NCBI GenBank assembly: GCA_964016885.1
Contig: OZ024766.1
Span: 18,290,001-18,354,000, forward strand
Source: Eledone cirrhosa
Lineage: Eukaryota
Reading direction: 5' to 3'
Length of the DNA: 64,000 nt
A model generated the notes under the pieces. That model saw only the letters and a program-made list of their open reading frames with translations, was not told where the DNA came from and ran no database searches. Below, one piece after another: positions 1 through 11,759 of this stretch. Made by a program: the position numbers and the translations under genes. Positions within the stretch are counted from its first letter, which is position 1, and each line of letters begins with the position of its first letter.

Positions 1-533
1 GTGATCTCTCAATCCAGAGAAGTAGCAGCTCTACCTGGAGTGACTCTCCAGTGATTCTTACCTGAGACATTCTAACCACATGTCCATAGTATCAGAGCTG
101 TGGTCTCTCAATTCAGAGAAGTAACAGCTCTACCTGGAGTGACTCTCCAGTGATTCTTTCCTGAGACATTCTAACCACATGTCCATAGTATCAGAGCTGT
201 GATCTCTCAATTCAGAGAAGTAACAGCTCTACCTGGAGTGACTCTCCAGTGATTCTTTCCTGAGACATTCTAACCACATGTCCATAGTATCAGAGCTGTG
301 ATCTCTCTATTCAGAGAAGTAACAGCTCTACCTGGAGTGACTCTCCAGTGATTCTTTCCTGAGACATTCTAACCACATGTCCATAGTATCAGAGCTGTGA
401 TCTCTCAATCCAGAGAAGTAACAGCTCTACCTGGAGTGACTCTCCAGTGATTCTTACCTGAGACATTCTAACCACATGTCCATAGTATCAGAGCTGTGAT
501 CTCTCAATCCAGAGAAGTAGCAGCTCTACCTGG
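1..533 (-). repeat. 99-bp minisatellite (>=5 copies, runs off window) derived from the C-terminal region of an RTE/Rex3-like LINE ORF
   Basis: Unit starts recur at 1, 100, 199, 298, 397, 496. The minus strand reads ESLQVELLLLWIERSQL*YYGHVVRMSQ, resembling the RTE motif VEPLLLHIERSQLRWxGHxxRM. Confidence 0.8.
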
Positions 534-646
534 CTAGTGCTAAATACATTTAAAAAAAAAAATTCTTTTTTTTAAAGGCCCCGCCTTTACCTTTAACGAG
601 GTTTAAATCTACAACGATGATGATGGTGATGATGACAACAGCTTAC

Positions 647-816
647 CTGTGACTACCTGAGACAACCACAGCACAGGTACCAGTTGGAGCTTTATCTGTA
701 TATTGGAAACTTGTGTTAACTTTCGCCTCAACAGCTTTCTTCTCCATTATTTCACCAAACTTGTCTTTACTGATACAGCCGAAATATGTCGTAGCATGGG
801 CAGTGTCCAGTAACCA
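647..816 (-). CDS. ADK: Adenosine kinase internal exon (170 bp): WLLDTAHATTYFGCISKDKFGEIMEKKAVEAKVNTSFQYTDKAPTGTCAVVVSGSHR
   Basis: cttacAG acceptor and AG|GTAAGC donor. Matches the ADK segment FFGCIGxDKFGEIL...PTGTCA. The gene continues beyond the window start. Confidence 0.95.
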
Positions 817-910
817 CTGTAAGGAAGGCGGGAGGTATAGTGGTGTGGTGGGAGATGGGGGCGTAGAGAAGAAGGAGAGTAGGTAATGAAAGAGAGAGAA
901 AGTTTTGTCA

Positions 911-964
<54 letters not shown>

Positions 965-977
965 TATATATATATAT

Positions 978-1413
978 GGAGGCACATGGCTTAGTGGTTA
1001 GAGCATTGGCCTGCAATCGAAAGGTTGTGAGTTCAATTCTCAGACCGGGTGATGTGTTGTTTCCTTGAGCAAGACACTTTATTTCACATTGCTCCAGTTT
1101 ACTCAGCTGTAGAAATGAGATGATAGGGACTGGGGTCCCTATCATTCCACTGTAAAGTGGTCGTGGAGGTGCCACGGCAAAAAAGCACCCAGCACTCACT
1201 GTAAAGTGGTCGTGGAGGTGCCATGGCAAAAAAGCACCCAGCACTCACTGTAAAGTGGTCGTGGAGGTGCCACGGCAAAAAAGCACCCAGCACTCACTGT
1301 AAATGAGGTTGGTGTTAGGAAGGGCATCCAGCTGTAGAAATCAAGCCAGCATCAGTTCCCGTCCCACCCTTGCAAGCAGGGAAAAAGCAGACGTAAAATG
1401 AAATGATGACGAT
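978..1413 (+). mobile_element. Full-length tRNA-derived SINE with 3 internal 49-bp units
   Basis: A box TGGCTTAGTGG, B-box-like GAGTTCAATTC, CORE-like CCTTGAGCAAGACACTT, (GAT)n tail; many copies in the window. Confidence 0.9.
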
Positions 1414-1610
1414 ATTTATTAAAATAACAGATTAAAGTTTAAGCAAAGAATCGCTGCTTTCACCCTTAACGGGATCTTCTGAAACTAAAAGAATCAATCT
1501 GTGAACACAGAAGTAAATATTTCGAAAAACCTTACACACTATATATATATATAGTTGATTTAAAACTGCACTATCCACAAGTGTTTTTTAGCCTTCATAT
1601 CATGTTCTCC

Positions 1611-1681
1611 TGTTTTATCTGATGAAAACACAAATATTATTGCATGATGATGTTTGTTTTTGAAATGCGCATAATAAAATA
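1611..1681 (+). ncRNA. Minimal type I hammerhead ribozyme motif (Penelope pLTR/retrozyme type)
   Basis: ttttat-CTGATGA-stem II (acaaatattat/atgatgtttgt)-GAAA-TGCGCA-TA-ataaaa. Stem I is ttttat/ataaaa and stem III is the palindrome ATGCGCAT. Confidence 0.8.
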
Positions 1682-1711
1682 CATGGAACTCCTTTAACCA
1701 TCTTTTGATCT

Positions 1712-1759
<48 letters not shown>

Positions 1760-2004
1760 CGTTTCTGACAGAACAAAGGAGAGGCACAAAAACAAAGAAA
1801 AGAATCCCCAGTCACTGAAGAGGTCACAGAATGTGTGACGAAAGAACTTTGACAATATATATATAAACAACTATCTGGTTGTGGAACCAACCAACCAACC
1901 AACCAGAAATTTATAAATTCCCAAATTTATAAATTTATTATAATAAATTGAAGTGAAAGCAACTGGTGCATGTGTTTCTTATTGGCAACATGACCCTCCC
2001 AAAG

Positions 2005-2034
<30 letters not shown>

Positions 2035-2045
<11 letters not shown>

Positions 2046-2953
2046 ACCTGTGTCTGTAAGTTTGAATCCCTAAAACTCGAGAAGTACCCAACCAATTTTT
2101 TTCAAACTTTACATGTGTATTACTTTTGTTTCAGGGAGTGTTATGCACATAAAATTCAACTTTTTGATCCCCTAGGGGCCCACTGCATTTTTTCAGCTTT
2201 TTAGGAGTTTTTTGAGACATTACGTCAGACTGATTTCCTTGAAATTGTAACTATGTATTAGTCAGTCTCTTCTTCATACCGGGAGCAAAGAAAATCCAAC
2301 AGTTGTATGGCCTAGGGCTCGCATTGGGTGAAAAACTGCATTTTTTCAGCTTTTTAGGGGTTTTTTTGAGGCGTTACGTCAGACTGATTTCCTTGAAATT
2401 GTAACTATGTATTAGTCAGTCTCTTCTTCATACCGGGAGCAAAGAAAATCCAACAGTTGTATGGCCTAGGGCTCGCATTGGGTGAAAAACTGCATTTTTT
2501 TCAGCTTTTTAGGGGTTTTTTTGAGGCGTTACGTCAGACTGATTTCCTTGAAATTGTAACTATGTATTAGTCAGTCTCTTCTTCATACCGGGAGCAAAGA
2601 AAATCCAACAGTTGTATGACCTAGGGCCCCGCATTAGGGTGAAAAACTGCATTTTTTCAGCTTTTTAGGGCCCTTTTTGAGGCGTTAATGTCTAGCCAAT
2701 TTTCCTGATATTTCAAGGCATATTATGCACATAAAAAAATTTAATTTCCTTGATCCCCTAGGGCCCGCATTAGGTGAAAACCTGCATTTTTCCTGCTTCA
2801 TCGAGGAAAATCTTAAAGATTATCCAGCCATCAGAGTATTCAGTTTATTTTCTTTACATATTCTCCAGGCATGTAGTTCTTCCACTATTAGGTCTGTTGG
2901 TGGCCCGCGTTCCAAAATACCTTATCCCGTGCAACGCCGAGTACCACTGCTAG
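2035..2953 (+). mobile_element. Non-autonomous Helitron-like element with ~3.5 internal 154-155-bp tandem repeats
   Basis: The 3' end CCCGTGCAACGCCGAGT...CTAG followed by T resembles a Helitron subterminal hairpin plus CTAG. It sits in an (AT)n tract; repeat anchors at 2221, 2375, 2530. Confidence 0.65.
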
Positions 2954-3228
2954 TATATATATATATATATATATATGATAATAAGGGCGCTGCGGAGTTG
3001 CTAATGGGTTACATATGAAAAAAGTTGTCCTTCATCAGTGATCTTCCAACCATCATCGGTATTTCTTCGCTTTAAAGACCATATACCTCCGGTTGGTGCG
3101 AGCAACGGCTAAAAAAAGTCGTTGGGACACGTAAATAAAGGGAACACGAGTGTAAACAAACAAAAATGGTGAGGCAACAGAAAGTGAGGAAGAAAGAGAC
3201 AAGTCCCAGATTTCTATGAATTTAAGTT

Positions 3229-3510
3229 CGGTGAAATCGTGAACGAGAGAGAATAAAGACCATCAAACCTGGTTGAAATGTGAGCAAGGAAGGAATTTCG
3301 CACAGGTCTAACGGGAGGAAGAAGGGGTCTAGTCTGTGAATTCGTTGAACATAAGTTCTGTGAAATCGTGAACGAGAGAGAATAAAGACCATCAAACCTG
3401 GTTGAAATGTGAGCAAGGAAGGAATTTCGCACAGGTCTAACGGGAGGAAGAAGGGGTCTAGTCTGTGAATTCGTTGAACATAAGTTCTGTGAAATCGTAG
3501 ACGAGAGAGA
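3229..3510. repeat. ~129-bp tandem repeat (~2.2 copies) within a probable retroelement remnant
   Basis: gaaatcgtgaacgagagagaataaagacc recurs at ~3233 and ~3362, with a partial copy at ~3491. Confidence 0.75.
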
Positions 3511-3744
3511 GAAAATTCCGACCAGCTTGGCCGAGAGTGTGAGAGAAAAGAGTTACTCACAGGTCAAACGGGAAGAAAGAGGAGGAGGAGAGGTAGTGAC
3601 AGAGAATAAGTGAGTGAAGGGTGAGGAAGAGGCTAACAGAGAGAGAGACTGCTAGAAAGGGTAAAGATACATTGAACGAAAAAGACGGGTGGCAGCAGAG
3701 GAAAAAATATGTGTAAATATGATAATAAGGGCGCTGCGGAGTTG

Positions 3745-3811
<67 letters not shown>

Positions 3812-3841
3812 ATTAAGATAGATATAAAAATCAAACCATAC

Positions 3842-3920
3842 CTGGGCAACCCTTATTGCATTTAGTGTCGCACCCCCGGGGGTGAACTCCACATCTTTAA
3901 AGGACAACATTTCATTATAC
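3842..3920 (-). CDS. ADK: Adenosine kinase exon (79 bp): (M)YNEMLSFKDVEFTPGGATLNAIRVAQ
   Basis: ccccAG acceptor, CAG|GTATGG donor. Contains the PfkB/ADK GG motif (human AGGSTQNSIKVAQ); phases join the neighbouring exons. Confidence 0.95.
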
Positions 3921-3942
3921 CTGGGGAAGAAAGATACAGCGT

Positions 3943-6012
3943 TACCATATTTGGTAATGGAACATAACTTAACAAAGGTTCCTACATAAATATAAACACT
4001 TTAACCCTTTCATTGCCATCTTTCTAATGGAACATAACTTAACAAAGGTTCCTACATAAATATAAACACTTTAACCCTTTCATTGCCATATTTGGTAATG
4101 GAACATTACTTAACAAAGGTTCTTACATAAATATAAACACCTTAACCCTTTCATTGCCATATTTCTAATGGAACATAACTTAAAGGTTCTTACATAAATA
4201 TAAACACTTTAACCCTTTCATTGCCATATTTCTAATGGAACATAACTTAACAAAGGTTCTTACATAAATATAAACACTTTAACCCTTTCATTGCCATATT
4301 TCTAATGGAACATAACTTAACAAAGGTTCCTACATAAATATAAACACTTTAACCCTTCCATTACCATATTTCTAATGGAACATAACTTAACAAAGGTACT
4401 TACGTAAATATAAACACTTTAACCCTTTCATTACCATATTTCTAATGGAACATAACTTAACAAAGGTTCCTACATAAATATAAACACTTTAACCCTTTCA
4501 TTACCATATTTCTAATGGAACATAACTTAACAAAGGTTCCTACATAAATATAAACACTTTAACCCTTTCATTACCATATTTGGTAATGGAACATAACTTA
4601 ACAAAGGTTCCTACATAAATATAAACACTTTAACCGTTTCATTGCCATATTTCTAATGGGACATAACTTAACAAAGGTTCCTACATAAATATAAACACTT
4701 TAACCCTTTCATTACCATATTTCTAATGGAACATAACTTCACAAAGGTTCTTACATAAATATAAACACTTTAACCCTTTCATTACCATATTTCTAATGGA
4801 ACATAACTTAACAAAGGTTCCTACATAAATATAAACACTTTAACCCTTTCATTACCATATTTCTAATGGAACATAACTTAACAAAGGTTCCTACATAAAT
4901 ATAAACACTTTAACCCTTTCATTGCCATATTTCTAATGGAACATAACTTAACAAAGGTTCTTACATAAATATAAACACTTTAACCCTTTCATTGCCATAT
5001 TTCTAATGGAACATAACTTAACAAAGGTTCTTACATAAATATAAACACTTTAACCCTTTCATTGCCATATTTCTAATGGAACATAACTTAACAAAGGTTC
5101 TTACATAAATATAAACACTTTAACCCTTTCATTGCCATATTTGGTAATGGAACATAACTTAACAAAGGTTCCTACATAAATATAAACACTTTAACCGTTT
5201 CATTGCCATATTTCTAATGGGACATAACTTAACAAAGGTTCCTACATAAATATAAACACTTTAACCCTTTCATTACCATATTTCTAATGGAACATAACTT
5301 AACAAAGGTTCCTACATAAATATAAACACTTTAACCCTTTCATTACCATATCTATAGTGGAACATAACTTAACAAAGGTTCTTACATAAATATAAACACT
5401 TTAACCCTTTCATTACCATATCTATAGTGGAACATAACTTAAAGGTTTTTAGATAAATATAAACACTTTAACCCTTTCATTACCATATCTATAGTGGAAC
5501 ATAACTTAACAAAGGTTGTTACATAAATATAAACACTTTAACCCTTCCATTACCATATTTCTAATGGAACATAACTTAACAAAGGTACTTACGTAAATAT
5601 AAACACTTTAACCCTTTCATTACCATATTTCTAATGGAACATAACTTAACAAAGGTTCCTACATAAATATAAACACTTTAACCCTTTCATTGCCATATTT
5701 GGTAATGGAACATAACTTAACAAAGGTTCCTACATAAATATAAACACTTTAACCCTTTCATTGCCATATTTCTAATGGAACATAACTTAACAAAGGTTCT
5801 TACATAAATAGAAACACTTTTACCCTTTCATTACCATATTTGGTAATGGAACATAACTTAACAAAGGTTCTTACATAAATATAAACACTTTAACCCTTTC
5901 ATTACCATATTTCTAGTGGAACATAACTTAACAAAGGTTCTTACATAAACACTTTAACCCTTTCATTACCATATCTATAGTGGAACATAACTTAACAAAG
6001 GTTCTTACATAA
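3943..6012. repeat. 70-bp minisatellite, ~29 copies, filling an ADK intron
   Basis: Unit ttaaccctttcattaccatatttctaatggaacataacttaacaaaggttcttacataaatataaacact; period 70 (4861/4931/5001). Confidence 0.95.
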
Positions 6013-6108
6013 AATAATAGTTTCTACTTTAAGCACAAGGCCAGCAATTTAGAGGGGAAGGTTGACTACATCAACCCCCATTGCGTTACTGGTACTTTAA
6101 TTACTTAC

Positions 6109-6162
6109 ATAGGTTGGTGTTTATCTTCAGCAAGGATGGCTGCATCTGGATTGAGGTCATAT
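6109..6162 (-). CDS. ADK: Adenosine kinase exon (54 bp): (K)YDLNPDAAILAEDKHQP(M)
   Basis: ttttctAG acceptor, AT|GTAAGT donor. Aligns to human YSLKPNDQILAEDKHKEL; phase 2/2 fits the flanking exons. Missed by the ORF track. Confidence 0.93.
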
Positions 6163-6334
6163 CTAGAAAATAATAGAGAGACCTCGTTAGTGACTTTAGC
6201 ATCGTTAGTGTGGTAGAGATTTAATTAGGAACATGTGTGTGACTGGCTGGTGGAGGATTTGGTAGACAGAAACTATGTGGAAGGCCTTCAACTGGCAAGA
6301 AGAGAGAAGGATTTTAGACTTTATATATATTATA

Positions 6335-6670
6335 GGCCATAGTATCTAGATTAAGGATGGGTCGGAAGAAGTTTAGGGAGCAGGGAGCTGTTTCCTCTGT
6401 TGACGAAGAAGGGTTTCCCCCTGCGTACGAAAGGCTGGTTATATGATGCCTGTGTGAGGTGCGCGATGCTGCATGGCAGTGAGACATGGGCAGCAACTGC
6501 AGAGGATATGCGACGGCTGGAGAGAAATGAGGCAAGCATGCTCTGTTGGATGTGCAGTGTCAATGTGTGTGAACGACCCAGCATGGATGTGTTGAGAGAG
6601 AAACTGTGTATAAGAGGGATAAGTTGTGGTGTGTGGGAGAGAAGACTGAGGTGGTATGGACATGTGATGT
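6335..6670 (+). mobile_element. RTE-clade LINE fragment (RT C-terminal region)
   Basis: Translates KGFPLRTKGWLYDACVRCAMLHGSETWAATAEDMRRLERNEASMLCWMC...LREKLCIRGISCGVWERRLRWYGHV. Confidence 0.88.
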
Positions 6671-9130
6671 GTTGAGAGAGAAACTGTGTATAAGAGGGAT
6701 AAGTTGTGGTGTGTGGGAGAGAAGACTGAGGTGGTATGGACATGTGATGTGTTGAGAGAGAAACTGTGTATAAGAGGGATAAGTTGTGGTGTGTGAGAGA
6801 GAAGACTGAGATGGTATGGAGATGTGTTGTGTTGAGAGAGAAACTGTATAAGAGGGACAAGTTGTGGTGTGTGGGAGAGAAGACTGAGATGGTATGGACA
6901 TGTGATGAGTTGAGAGAGAAACTGTGTATAAGAGGGATAAGTTGTGGTGTGTGGGAGAGAAGACTGAGGTGGTATGGATATGTGATGTGTTGAGAGAGAA
7001 ACTGTGTATAAGAGGGATAAGTTGTAGTGTGTGGGAGAGAAGACTGAGGTGGTATGGATATGTGATGTGTTGAGAGAGAAACTGTGTATAAGAGGGATAA
7101 GTTGTGGTGTGTGGGAGAGAAGACTGAGATGGTATGGACATGTGATGTGTTGAGAGAGAAACTGTGTATAAGAGGGATAAGTTGTGGTGTGTGAGAGAGA
7201 AGACTGAGATGGTATGGAGATGTGTTGTGTTGAGAGAGAAACTGTATAAGAGGGACTAGTTGTGGTGTGTGGGAGAGAAGACTGAGATGGTATGGACATC
7301 TGATGTCTTGAGAGAGAAACTGTGTATAAGAGGGATAAGTTGTGGTGTGTGGGAGAGAAGACTGAGATGGTATGGACATGTGATGTGTTGAGAGAGAAAC
7401 TGTGTATAAGAGGGATAAGTTGTGGTGTGTGGGAGAGAAGGCTGAGATGGTATGGACATGTGATGAGTTGAGAGAGAAACTGGGTATAAGAGGGATAAGT
7501 TGTGGTGTGTGGGAGAGGAGACTGAGGTGGTATGGACATGTGATGTGTTGAGAGAGAAACTGGGTATAAGAGGGATAAGTTGTGGTGTGTGGGAGAGGAG
7601 ACTGAGGTGGTATGGACATGTGATGTGTTGAGAGAGAAACTGGGTATAAGAGGGATAAGTTGTGGTGTGTGGGAGAAAAGACTGAGATGGTATGGACATG
7701 TGATGAGTTGAGAGAGAAACTGTGTATAAGAGGGATAAGTTGTGGTGTGTGGGAGAGAAGACTGAGGTGGTATGGACATGTGATGTGTTGAGAGAGAAAC
7801 TGTGTCTGAGAGGGATAAGTTGTGGTGTGTGGGAGAGAAGACTGAGGTGGTATGGACATGTGATGTGTTGAGAGAGAAACTGGGTATAAGAGGGATAAGT
7901 TGTGGTGCGTGGGTGAGAAGACTGAGGTGGTATGGACATGTGATGTGTTGAGAGAGAAACTGTGTCTGAGAGGGATAAGTTGTGGTGTGTGGGAGAGAAG
8001 ACTGAGGTGGTATGGACATGTGATGTGTTGAGAGAGAAACTGTGTCTGAGAGGGATAAGTTGTGGTGTGTGGGAGAGAAGACTGAGGTGGTATGGACATG
8101 TGATGTGTTGAGAGAGAAACTGGGTATAAGAGGGATAAGTTGTGGTGCGTGGGCGAGAAGACTGAGATGGTATGGACATGTGATGTGTTGAGAGAGAAAC
8201 TGTGTATAAGAGGGATAAGTTGTGGTGTGTGGGAGAGGACTGAGGTGGTATGGACATGTGATGTGTTGAGAGAGAAACTGTGTATAAGAGGGATAAGTTG
8301 TGGTGTGTGGGAGAGAAGACTGAGGTGGTATGGACATGTGATGTGTTGAGAGAGAAACTGGGTATAAGAGGGATAAGTTGTGGTGTGTGGGAGAGAAGAC
8401 TGAGATGGTATGGACATGTGATGTGTTGAGAGAGAAACTGTGTATAAGAGGGATAAGTTGTGGTGTGTGGGAGAGAAGGCTGAGATGGTATGGACATGTG
8501 ATGTGTTGAGAGAGAAACTGTGTATAAGAGGGATAAGTTGTGGTGTGTGGGAGAGAAGACTGAGATGGTATGGACATATGATGTGTTGAGAGAGAAACTG
8601 TGTATAAGAGGGATAAGTTGTGGTGTGTGGGAGAGAAGACTGAGATGGTATGGACATGTGATGTGTTGAGAGAGAAACTGGGTATAAGAGGGATAAGTTG
8701 TGGTGTGTGGGAGAGAAGACTGAGATGGTATGGACATGTGATGTGTTGAGAGAGAAACTGTGTATAAGAGGGATAAGTTGTGGTGTGTGGGAGAGAAGGC
8801 TGAGATGGTATGGACATGTGATGTGTTGAGAGAGAAACTGTGTATAAGAGGGATAAGTTGTGGTGTGTGGGAGAGAAGACTGAGATGGTATGGACATATG
8901 ATGTGTTGAGAGAGAAACTGTGTATAAGAGGGATAAGTTGTGGTGTGTGGGAGAGAAGACTGAGATGGTATGGACATGTGATGTGTTGAGAGAGAAACTG
9001 GGTATAAGAGGGATAAGTTGTGGTGTGTGGGAGAGAAGACTGAGATGGTATGGACATGTGATGTGTTGAGAGAGAAACTGTGTATAAGAGGGATAAGTTG
9101 TGGTGTGTGGGAGAGAAGACTGAGATGGTA
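6585..9130 (+). repeat. 80-bp minisatellite (~32 copies) amplified from the RTE LINE segment DVLREKL...RRLRWYGHV
   Basis: Unit gatgtgttgagagagaaactgtgtataagagggataagttgtggtgtgtgggagagaagactgaggtggtatggacatgt is continuous with the upstream LINE ORF. Confidence 0.95.
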
Positions 9131-9477
9131 TAGCACCAAAGATCTCGATCCAGTGTCATTGTCTAAGAGAGGTGTAAGTGAGCAAGGTCAGTTTTTATAT
9201 AATAAGAACAAAGTGGAGATGTCACATAGCAAATTTATTGCACAAACCTGGTTACAAATGTTTCCCAAGCTGCTGGCTCGAGATCTGGGATGGCACCCCA
9301 GACCAGACTCCAAGTCTGCATGATCCTCAGACTAGTTTTAACACAACAAACACCACATCAAGTCCGTGGACGAACCATGAGAGACACAAACAAGCATATA
9401 GAATGAACAAACACTGGCCTAGAATTCAACGGACACATGTATACTCAGCTGAAAATAAGTACCAGTTGGGGGGTTTA

Positions 9478-11400
9478 ACCCTGTGATGGACTGGTGTCCT
9501 GCCCAGGGGAAGTCTTGTACTCTCAGTCACTTCATATATACTTTACATAACCCTGTGATGGACTGGTGTCCTGTCCAGGGGGAAGTCTTGTACTCTCAGT
9601 CACTTCATATATACTTTACATAACCCTGTGATGGACTGGTGTCCTGTCCAGGGGGAAGTCTTGTACTCTCAGTCACTTCATATATACTTTACATAACCCT
9701 GTGATGGACTGGTGTCCTGTCCAGGGGGAAGTCTTGTACTCTCAGTCACTTCATATATACTTTACATAACCCTGTGATGGACTGGTGTCCTGTCCAGGGG
9801 GAAGTCTTGTACTCTCAGTCACTTCATATATACTTTACATAACCCTGTGATGGACTGGTGTCCTGTCCAGGGGGAGTCTTGTACTCTCAGTCACTTCATA
9901 TATACTTTACATAACCCTGTGATGGACTGGTGTCCTGTCCAGGGGGAGTCTTGTACTCTCAGTCACTTAATATATACTTTACATAACCCTGTGATGGCCT
10001 GGTGTCCTGTCCAGGGGGAGTCTTGTACTCTCAGTCACTTAATATATACTTTACATAACCCTGTGATGGACTGGTGTCCTGTCCAGGGGGAAGTCTTGTA
10101 CTCTCAGTCACTTCATATATACTTTACATAACCCTGTGATGGACTGGTGTCCTGTCCAGGGGGAGTCTTGTACTCTCAGTCACTTAATATATACTTTACA
10201 TAACCCTGTGATGGACTAGTGTCCTGTCCAGGGGGAGTCTTGTACTCTCAGTCACTTAATATATACTTTACATAACCCTGTGATGGACTGGTGTCCTGTC
10301 CAGGGGGAGTCTTGTACTCTCAGTCACTTAATATATACTTTACATAACCCTGTGATGGACTGGTGTCCTGTCCAGGGGGAGTCTTGTACTCTCAGTTGCT
10401 TCATATATACTTTACATAACCCTGTGATGGACTGGTGTCCTGTCCAGGGGGAGTCTTGTACTCTCAGTCACTTCATATATACTTTACATAACCCTGTGAT
10501 GGCCTGGTGTCCTGTCCAGGGGGAGTCTTGTACTCTCAGTCACTTCATATATACTTTACATAACCCTGTGATGGACGGGTGTCCTGTCCAGGGGGGAGTC
10601 TTGTACTCTCAGTCACTTCATATATACTTTACATAACCCTGTGATGGACTGGTGTCCTGTCCAGGGGGAGTCTTGTACTCTCAGTTGCTTCATATATACT
10701 TTACATAACCCTGTGATGGACTGGTGTCCTGTCCAGGGGGAGTCTTGTACTCTCAGTTGCTTCATATATACTTTACATAACCCTGTGATGGACTGGTGTC
10801 CTGTCCAGGGGGAGTCTTGTACTCTCAGTCACTTCATATATACTTTACATAACCCTGTGATGGACTGGTGTCCTGTCCAGGGGAAATCTTGTACTCTCAG
10901 TCAGTTCATATATACTTTACATAACCCTGTGATGGACTGGTGTCCTGTCCAGGGGGAGTTTTGTACTCTCAGTTGGTTCATATATACTTTACATAACCCT
11001 GTGATGGACTAGTGTCCTGTCCAGGAGAAGTCTTGTACTCTCAGTCACTTAACACCAATGAAACTAAGACAGACTTTAACCCTGTGATGGACTGGTGTCC
11101 TGTCCAGGAGGAAGTCTTGTACTCTCAGTCACTTAACACCAATGAAACTAAGACAGACTTTAACCCTGTGATGGACTGGTGTCCAGTCCAGAAGGAAGTC
11201 TTGTACTCTCAGTCACTTAACACCAATGAAACTAAGACAGACTTTAACCCTGTGATGGACTGGTGTCCTGTCCAGGGAGAAGTCTTGTACTCTCAGTCGC
11301 TTAACACCAATGAAACTAAGAATTTAATCCCGTGATGGACTGGTGTCCTGTCCAGGAGTGTGTTGTGTACTCTTAATCGCTTCATGCCACGAAACTAGGA
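9478..11400 (+). repeat. 72-73-bp minisatellite (~21 copies) switching to an ~84-bp variant (~4 copies), probably amplified from a SINE body
   Basis: Unit aaccctgtgatggactggtgtcctgtccagggggagtcttgtactctcagtcacttcatatatactttacat. Flanked by SINE-like ctcagctgaaaataagtacc and gcttcatgccacgaaactaggataag. Confidence 0.85.
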
Positions 11401-11554
11401 TAAGAACTGACCTGGAAAGCCTTTGATGCGGACTTTAGACTTTTTATATAGATATATATATATACACATATATATAAAGAGAGATAAAGAGATAGAGACA
11501 GAGATAAAGAGAGAGATGGTGAGCTTTAAAGGGTAAAAGTGTGACAATACTTAC

Positions 11555-11629
11555 TTGTTAAGGAATTCTGTGGTCCCTTGTATTGTGATATCTAGCAAGG
11601 GGTTGCCATAACCAAGTAACACACCTTCA
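11555..11629 (-). CDS. ADK: Adenosine kinase exon (75 bp): EGVLLGYGNPLLDITIQGTTEFLNK
   Basis: tatttcAG acceptor, AA|GTAAGT donor; N-terminal ADK motif GxGNPLLDI. Confidence 0.95.
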
Positions 11630-11759
11630 CTGAAATAGGGAGAAAAAGGGGACAAAATTAGGGATGTTAAGTACATCCCACCCTTGCAAGGAGTGAACAG
11701 AGGACATATGATATATATAATATATATAGACGTTAAATGATGATGATGATGATGATATA

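Noticed and set aside
1-533. Repeated CAG|GTAAGA donor-like sites suggesting an ADK exon-derived repeat
   Set aside because: The translation matches an RTE ORF motif, not the next ADK exon (expected SLxAxLAAAN-like).
978-1050. tRNA gene-like sequences at SINE heads
   Set aside because: A and B boxes are present but continue into a SINE body and tail in many copies; not bona fide tRNAs.
3020-3050. CTGATGA on the minus strand as another hammerhead
   Set aside because: No downstream GAAA or stem III and no closing stem I.
6351-9159. 848/906/627-aa minus-strand ORFs (also 52904-53987)
   Set aside because: Antisense reading of the 80-bp LINE-derived satellite, open in all three frames because the strand lacks stops.
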